The notes under the pieces are model-generated. The model was given only the letters and a program-made list of their open reading frames with translations. It made no database searches and had not been told where the DNA came from. DNA of 64,000 nt, from positions 32,001 through 96,000 of IMG/VR virus record IMGVR_UViG_3300025674_000016. One strand, given 5' to 3'. The stretch's first letter is position 1. Every line of letters starts with the position of its first letter. This document shows positions 58,519 through 64,000 of this stretch, piece by piece. This stretch comes from a virus. A program made the position numbers and the translations under genes.

Positions 58519-58937
58519 TGTCAACTTTTAATTATAAAGCGGGGATGTCTAGCGTTGGGCAGTATCAGATGAGTGCAATTCCATATGCTACTGCTTCTGT
58601 TAATGTTCCAGCCCTAGGAAATGACCCAGTGAGAATTGACTTTCCTAGAGTATCAAAATTTGTGACAATCAGGAATGTTATATCAACAGACGATGCTGAT
58701 GCAACTCTTAGAGTTGGCTTCTCCTCTATTGGCACCTCTGGATCTGTCTCAGGCCAAGACAACTATTTTACTCTTGCAAATGGTGAAAGCTATACTGGAG
58801 AGTGGAGAGTGAAAAGTGTTTACCTGCTGAGCGACTCGGCTTCCGAATCGTCTGCTTCAATTATTGCTGGTCTAACAACCGTGTCTACTAGCTCTATTGG
58901 TTTTGACAATTGGTCCGGCTCTCTGGGCGTCGGCTAA
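58518..58937 (+). CDS. probable virion (capsid decoration-like) protein
   Basis: Beta-rich, Ser-rich 139-aa ORF in the head operon. Confidence 0.55.
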   Translation: MSTFNYKAGMSSVGQYQMSAIPYATASVNVPALGNDPVRIDFPRVSKFVTIRNVISTDDADATLRVGFSSIGTSGSVSGQDNYFTLANGESYTGEWRVKSVYLLSDSASESSASIIAGLTTVSTSSIGFDNWSGSLGVG

Positions 58938-58965
58938 TAAAATTCGCTTTTCAGATTTAAAATCA

Positions 58966-58972
58966 CTATTTA
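58966..58972 (+). promoter_or_regulatory. putative late promoter element CTATTTA
   Basis: Intergenic, upstream of the scaffold/major capsid operon. Confidence 0.55.
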
Positions 58973-59006
58973 GTTTGACTATCTTGTTGCAACAGGAGAG
59001 ATACAG

Positions 59007-60011
59007 ATGAGTTCAATGCTAGAACAGGCTATTGTTGATGCTGCCGCACTTAAAGAAGCAGCATTGAAAAATGCCGAACAACAAGTTTTAGAAAGATATT
59101 CCAAAGATATAAAAGAAGCAGTGAATGCTTTATTGGAGCAGGACGAGCTGGAAGACGCGCCGCCCATGATGATGGAGCCAGAGCCCGTTATGGACGAAAT
59201 CCCCCCTGCTCCTGCCGCAGGCGAGAAGCTTTGTCCTTGCCCCGATGACGAAGAAGTTGTTGAATTAGATTTAGATAATCTAATGATGCAGGTCGATGAT
59301 GAAGAGCCAGATCCAGAAGATGCAATGGATCGAGAAGGTGTAGCTCAAGAGTTGGGCGATCAAGATGATCTTCTTGGTGGGGACTTAGGTGGCTTAGAAA
59401 CAGGCGACGAGGAAGAAGAAGGTCTTCAACTTGAAGAGAACATTGATATTGATGAATCAGATTTAATTGATCTTGTTGAGGAGCTTGTTTTCGATCACAT
59501 GTCGCAGCCTAGCGGAAACCCAACGGGCCTGCCTGTTGAGGATCTTCATAGAGAACAAGAGCTTGAGGAGCTAGCAAAGCAGATTCAACAAGCAAATGAA
59601 AAAAAGAAAGATCTTCAAGAATCACTTAAGGATTCAAGATCGGAGAACAATAAACTTAGAAGAACAGTTTTAAAACTAAAAGAAAAACTAGACGAAGCAT
59701 TGGTTTCCAATGCAAGACTAATTTATACAAACCGTGTGCTGGGGAACGACTCCCTGAATGAGCGACAAAAAGATAAAATTGTCGAAAAGATCTCCGAAGC
59801 ACGAACAATTGAAGAAGCCAAAATGATCCATGAGGCACTTCAAAGTGCAGTGGCGGGCACTTCCAAAAAGGAAGGTCCAAAATCACTGAACGAAGCAGTT
59901 TCACGTCAATCAACACAGGTTTTTTCACGTCGTCAACGATCCGAGACCAATCAGGTCAACGATCAATTTTTTAAGAAGATGCAGCGTTTAGCTGGCATCA
60001 AAAAGAATTAA
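59007..60011 (+). CDS. prohead scaffolding/core protein (gp22-like)
   Basis: Acidic plus coiled-coil, many [LI]xE sites, immediately upstream of the capsid gene. Confidence 0.7.
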   Translation: MSSMLEQAIVDAAALKEAALKNAEQQVLERYSKDIKEAVNALLEQDELEDAPPMMMEPEPVMDEIPPAPAAGEKLCPCPDDEEVVELDLDNLMMQVDDEEPDPEDAMDREGVAQELGDQDDLLGGDLGGLETGDEEEEGLQLEENIDIDESDLIDLVEELVFDHMSQPSGNPTGLPVEDLHREQELEELAKQIQQANEKKKDLQESLKDSRSENNKLRRTVLKLKEKLDEALVSNARLIYTNRVLGNDSLNERQKDKIVEKISEARTIEEAKMIHEALQSAVAGTSKKEGPKSLNEAVSRQSTQVFSRRQRSETNQVNDQFFKKMQRLAGIKKN

Positions 60012-60027
60012 GGAGATTAAAAAAACA

Positions 60028-61767
60028 ATGAGCGTTTTACAAAAGTTAACCGAAGGCATTGTTAATCGTAACATCCAGAAAGAGGGCGAAGCTCTTCTCC
60101 AGAAGTGGGAGCAGACTGGTCTTCTTGAGGGTATGGATAACGAAAATGCCCGTTCAAACATGGCTGTTCTCTTGGAGAACCAGGCCAAAGAGCTTCTCCG
60201 AGAGGCTTCTTCTATGGCGGCTGGTGATGTCGAAGGCTTTGCCAGCGTGGCATTCCCCATCGTCCGCCGAGTCTTTGGTGGTCTTATCGCCAACCAATTG
60301 GTCTCAGTCCAACCTATGAGCTTGCCTGCTGGCTTGATTTTCTTCCTTGACTTTACTTATACCGATAGCCGCGCTGGTCAAACTGCCGGTGAGTCGGTAT
60401 ATGGTGGTAATGTTGTTGGTAAGGGTCTTGTCGATGGTGTGGACCTGTCTCCGACTGGAGATACGCAAGCGGGTGGTTTTTATGACCTTAGCACTGGCTA
60501 TAGTTCTCCAACTGGCTCTGTTTCTGTTACCACAGCAGCACCAGACGGCTCTACTGGTGATTTGCCAACTGTGCTAACTGATGTTGCAGTTAGTGCTCTA
60601 TCGGAAGCACAAAAAAAGGCCCTCCAGTACGACCCGGATATCCTAGCAGATGCAAGCTTGAAAGTCACAGTTCACAAGTCGCCTAACGCTGCTACTTCCG
60701 ATTTCCCAAACTTGAATCTAAATGCCCTGACTGCAATTGAGGCATCTGGTATTGATGGTGTTCTAGTGCGAAGGCTAACTAGAATTGATAAAAACGATAG
60801 CAACAAATTAGTTTTTGTAGTTATTAGGGACGCTGCGACACCAGAGGCGCACGGAGCTATCACCTTTAACTATCCGATGACAGACAAGTATGAAGCTAGT
60901 ACCGCCATTGGTTCTGTTGTTGGTAACGTTCCATTTGGCCTTGAGGGTGCAGATGATGTGTCTGGCGGTGATTTTGACGGTTCAACCCGCGATAGAATCC
61001 CAGAGATTGATATCAAGGTCGATTCTGTCAGCGTGACCGCTGTCACCAAGAAGTTGAAGGCCAAGTGGACCCCTGAGTTGTCTCAGGATCTTAATGCTTT
61101 CCACAACATGGACGCAGAAGTAGAGCTTACATCGATCCTTTCCGAGCAGATTGCTCTTGAAATCGATCAGGAAATCTTGAATGATCTTGTTAAGGATGCT
61201 ACTGCTGGCACATACTATTGGAGCCGTCGCCCCGGTCGCTTTGTTGATCGCGGCACTGGCGATGATATCAGCGGCCTTTCTAACGAATCTCTCTTGGGTG
61301 CAGATTTCACTGGCACAGTCAGTGAATGGTACGAGACCCTTATTGAGACAATCAACGATGTCTCTGCGCAGATCCACCGCAAGACTCTGCGCGGCGGAGC
61401 TAACTTCTTGGTCTGTGGTCCTGAGACCGCAAATGTCCTAGAGTTCACCGCTGGTTTCCGCGCTAGCGTTACCCACGATGCAGATACTGGCCAAGCCGGT
61501 ACTGTTAAGATCGGTGCGATCTCCAAGAAGTTCGACGTTTACGTCGATCCTTACTTCCCAAGAAACGTGGTTCTAGTTGGCCGCAAGGGCTCCAGCTTCC
61601 TTGAAAGTGGCTACGTCTACGCACCTTATGTGCCTCTACAGGTCACGCCGACTATCTTCGGTGTTGAGGACTTTGTGCCTCGTAAGGGCGTTATGACGCG
61701 CTACGCCAAGAAGATGGTGAGGCCCGACATGTACGGCTTGGTTGTTATCAAGGACTTCCTTGGCTGA
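60028..61767 (+). CDS. gp23: major capsid protein (T4 gp23-like)
   Basis: KWEQTGLLEG, LLENQ, VQPMSLPAGLIF, KLKAKWTPELSQDLNAFH, EIDQEIL, YAPYVPL, GVMTRYA. Confidence 0.96.
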   Translation: MSVLQKLTEGIVNRNIQKEGEALLQKWEQTGLLEGMDNENARSNMAVLLENQAKELLREASSMAAGDVEGFASVAFPIVRRVFGGLIANQLVSVQPMSLPAGLIFFLDFTYTDSRAGQTAGESVYGGNVVGKGLVDGVDLSPTGDTQAGGFYDLSTGYSSPTGSVSVTTAAPDGSTGDLPTVLTDVAVSALSEAQKKALQYDPDILADASLKVTVHKSPNAATSDFPNLNLNALTAIEASGIDGVLVRRLTRIDKNDSNKLVFVVIRDAATPEAHGAITFNYPMTDKYEASTAIGSVVGNVPFGLEGADDVSGGDFDGSTRDRIPEIDIKVDSVSVTAVTKKLKAKWTPELSQDLNAFHNMDAEVELTSILSEQIALEIDQEILNDLVKDATAGTYYWSRRPGRFVDRGTGDDISGLSNESLLGADFTGTVSEWYETLIETINDVSAQIHRKTLRGGANFLVCGPETANVLEFTAGFRASVTHDADTGQAGTVKIGAISKKFDVYVDPYFPRNVVLVGRKGSSFLESGYVYAPYVPLQVTPTIFGVEDFVPRKGVMTRYAKKMVRPDMYGLVVIKDFLG

Positions 61768-61796
61768 TAACTGATTCCGAACTAGTCTAGGCTAGC

Positions 61797-61838
61797 AAAA
61801 AGCCCCTGCTTCCATGTGAGGTAGGGGCTTTTCCTTTT
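61797..61838 (+). terminator. Rho-independent terminator after the major capsid gene
   Basis: AAGCCCCTGCTTC-catgt-GAGGTAGGGGCTT hairpin (two G-U pairs) followed by a T-rich tail. Confidence 0.85.
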
Positions 61839-61844
61839 GAAAAA

Positions 61845-61851
61845 CTATTTA
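61845..61851 (+). promoter_or_regulatory. putative late promoter element CTATTTA
   Basis: Directly after the terminator and before the GGAGG RBS of the neck gene. Confidence 0.6.
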
Positions 61852-61873
61852 CACTACTAGGAGGGCTTTATGA

Positions 61874-63127
61874 ATGTCTGTACCAACTTTAACACCAGCA
61901 AGCCAGACAAGTGCAATCATATTGCCTGTCACGGGCACCCACAGTAATGTAAATTCTGCAACCAATCCGCTTCCATTTGGAGTATACACAACAGATGATT
62001 TTATCTCTGGTGCTGTTGATCAAGTGGCTTTTACTTATAAAAGTTTGGGTGGTGATGTACTTGATATTGAATTAACAGAATATAATGTTTATGCTGCTTA
62101 TGAATGGGCAGTTTTGGAATATTCTTATATTGTCAACATCCATCAATCAAAAAATATTATATCTGATGTGCTTGGAGCGGCCACTGGCACGTTTGACCAC
62201 GATGGTGAAATTAAGACTGGTCCTTCTGGTGTTGCCCTGAAGTTTCCAAGAATGTCTTTCAACTATACAAAGAAAGTTGGAGAAGGAGTTGGAGCGGAAA
62301 TTGGTGTCGGAGGAACACAAAATATATATTCAGCATCCTTCAACATCACTGCCAGTGTTCAGGACTATGATCTCCAACAGATTGTAAGTTCGTCTGCAAC
62401 TGATTCAAGCATGCCCTTCTTCAACAAGGTTGGAGATAAAAGAGTCGATATAAGAAAAGTTTATTATAAATCTCCTTATGTTATGTGGAGGTTCTTTGGA
62501 TATTATGGCGGGCTATCAGTTGTTGGGAACCTGCATAACTATGGCCAATGGTCTGATGATTCAACTTTTGAATTAATCCCAACATGGCAAAACAAGTTGC
62601 AAGCTATGGCTTTTGAAGATTCAGTCTATACAAGAATCTCTCATTATTCATACGAGATCAGAAATAATAAATTAAGACTATTCCCAACGCCAAGCCTTCA
62701 CGCCTCAGAAAAGATATGGTTTGAGTTCTCGGTTAAAGAAGATCCTTGGGATGAAGATTCTGATAGAGCATCTGGTGTCGATGGTGTAAACAACATGAAC
62801 ACCATTCCTCTTGCAAACATACCCTACGCGAACATTAATAGCATTGGGAAGCATTGGATAAGAAGATTTGCTCTGGCGGTTAGCAAAGGCATGTTAGGCA
62901 AGGTTCGTGGAAAATTTAGCACTGTACCTATACCTGGTGAGTCTGTGACTCTGAATTATTCGGAGCTTTCATCTGAGGCAAAAGAAGAAACAGACAAGCT
63001 TAAAGAAGAATTAAAAACAATTCTAGATGAAATGACTTATGCAAAACTGGCGGAACAAGATGCTGCTAAGCTTGAGAACGCAACAAAAGCACAGCAAAAT
63101 ATTCCAGTTACTATCTTTGTAGGATAA
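61874..63127 (+). CDS. neck/head-tail adaptor protein (gp13-like)
   Basis: LGGDVLDIELT, WIRRFALAVSKGMLGKVRGKF...PGESVTLN. Confidence 0.75.
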   Translation: MSVPTLTPASQTSAIILPVTGTHSNVNSATNPLPFGVYTTDDFISGAVDQVAFTYKSLGGDVLDIELTEYNVYAAYEWAVLEYSYIVNIHQSKNIISDVLGAATGTFDHDGEIKTGPSGVALKFPRMSFNYTKKVGEGVGAEIGVGGTQNIYSASFNITASVQDYDLQQIVSSSATDSSMPFFNKVGDKRVDIRKVYYKSPYVMWRFFGYYGGLSVVGNLHNYGQWSDDSTFELIPTWQNKLQAMAFEDSVYTRISHYSYEIRNNKLRLFPTPSLHASEKIWFEFSVKEDPWDEDSDRASGVDGVNNMNTIPLANIPYANINSIGKHWIRRFALAVSKGMLGKVRGKFSTVPIPGESVTLNYSELSSEAKEETDKLKEELKTILDEMTYAKLAEQDAAKLENATKAQQNIPVTIFVG

Positions 63128-63131
63128 ATAA

Positions 63132-63626
63132 ATGAGCGATGATAATCAATGGTCACAGCCACCCCAGCCCCCGCCACCCCTTTTCTTAGGGGAAAAGGAA
63201 CGAGATCTTGTAAAACAAGTCAACGATGAGCTTATTGAACGAGTTATCGGGCAACAAGTGGTTTATTATCCTATAAGCGTGGAACACACAAACTACCATC
63301 CAATTTATGGAGAGGCAATAGAAAAAACATTCCTACCACCAGTTAGAGTGTATGCACTTGTTGAGTGGAACAGTTTTGAGTCTAGCGCAGACACAAGCTT
63401 TGGTATAGATAGAAAATCAGAGATAACTGTTCACTTTCATAAGCGCAGACTAACAGAAGATCAAGATCTTTTTGTAAGAGAAGGCGATTTTGTTTTATAT
63501 GGCGACATACATTATGAGATAGTTACTCTAAGCGAGCCAAAGCAATTGTTTGGCCAAGTCGATCATAGAATAGAAATTTCAGCCAAGTGCGTAAGAGCAA
63601 GAAAGGGGTTGTTTGATGGCAGATGA
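63132..63626 (+). CDS. neck/head closure protein (gp14-like)
   Basis: ELIERVIGQQVVYY, IYGEA..K.F, EGDFVLYGD..YEI. Confidence 0.65.
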   Translation: MSDDNQWSQPPQPPPPLFLGEKERDLVKQVNDELIERVIGQQVVYYPISVEHTNYHPIYGEAIEKTFLPPVRVYALVEWNSFESSADTSFGIDRKSEITVHFHKRRLTEDQDLFVREGDFVLYGDIHYEIVTLSEPKQLFGQVDHRIEISAKCVRARKGLFDGR

Positions 63627-64000
63627 ATATTTAAAAGAAGAAACTTTTTCACCATCATCAATTGAAACAATTGATGGATCTTTACTTAAATTGTTTAAAG
63701 AAGATTTGAAAATCTTTTGTACAACACCAGATGGCTGGAAGCGAGTGCCTGTAATCTGGACATCTGCCGAAAGAAATTTTCAGATAAAAGAAAATAAAGA
63801 TCTTAGAGATTCAAACGGCACGCTTATAAAGCCAGTAATAACAGTTGAAAGAGCATCGGTAAATAAGGATATTTCAAAAAGAGGTTTTATTCACGGAAAT
63901 ATACCAGACATTAATGATGCAAAAGGCGGAACAATAACTGTTGCAAGAAAAATAAACCAAGATAAAACTGCGAATTTTGCTAATGCTGATTCAAAAAAGA
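63616..64000 (+). CDS. probable tail terminator/completion protein (gp15-like), 3' truncated
   Basis: Read manually: MADEYLKEETFSPSSIETIDGS...VPVIWTSAER...PVITVER; open to window end. Confidence 0.5.
   Translation, partial: MADEYLKEETFSPSSIETIDGSLLKLFKEDLKIFCTTPDGWKRVPVIWTSAERNFQIKENKDLRDSNGTLIKPVITVERASVNKDISKRGFIHGNIPDINDAKGGTITVARKINQDKTANFANADSKK

Noticed and set aside
59-61526. Numerous minus-strand and nested plus-strand ORFs of 60-147 aa in the ORF track
   Set aside because: They overlap well-supported + strand genes and show no recognisable motifs; treated as shadow ORFs.
1-64000. tRNA, rRNA, CRISPR arrays, introns, IS elements
   Set aside because: Intergenic gaps are almost all under 110 nt and none shows a cloverleaf, spaced repeats or transposase/homing-endonuclease motifs; TerL, portal and capsid are uninterrupted.

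Overview
A 64-kb, gene-dense, AT-rich segment of a large T4-like (myovirus-type) phage genome. Essentially all real genes are on the + strand in the standard genetic code. Order: (1) the end of a nucleotide-sugar/glycosylation cluster (glycosyltransferase fragment, NAD-dependent epimerase, GDP-mannose 3',5'-epimerase, cupin mannose-6-P isomerase); (2) a gp55-like late sigma factor; (3) a baseplate/tail module with a split gp5-like hub (alpha/beta-hydrolase, M15B+amidase lysin, spike), gp25, gp6 and several 900-2900 aa virion proteins; (4) RuvC-like resolvase, primase-like protein and a fused SbcD-SbcC (gp47-gp46); (5) fibre-like genes, a putative holin/spanin cassette and a tandem gene duplication; (6) a cluster of unrelated small proteins sharing an N-terminal 'MKITKSxLxQxIxEE' leader; (7) the head module (TerL, portal, prohead protease, ribosomal protein bS21, scaffold, major capsid, neck). 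Best candidate for an undescribed system: a modular capsid-targeting leader grafted onto diverse cargo domains, including a 2H phosphodiesterase. Other notable signals are a CTAnTTA late-promoter candidate and a [ST]GS tripeptide enriched in a subset of virion proteins next to sugar-biosynthesis genes. All calls come from motif reading only; no database search was run.
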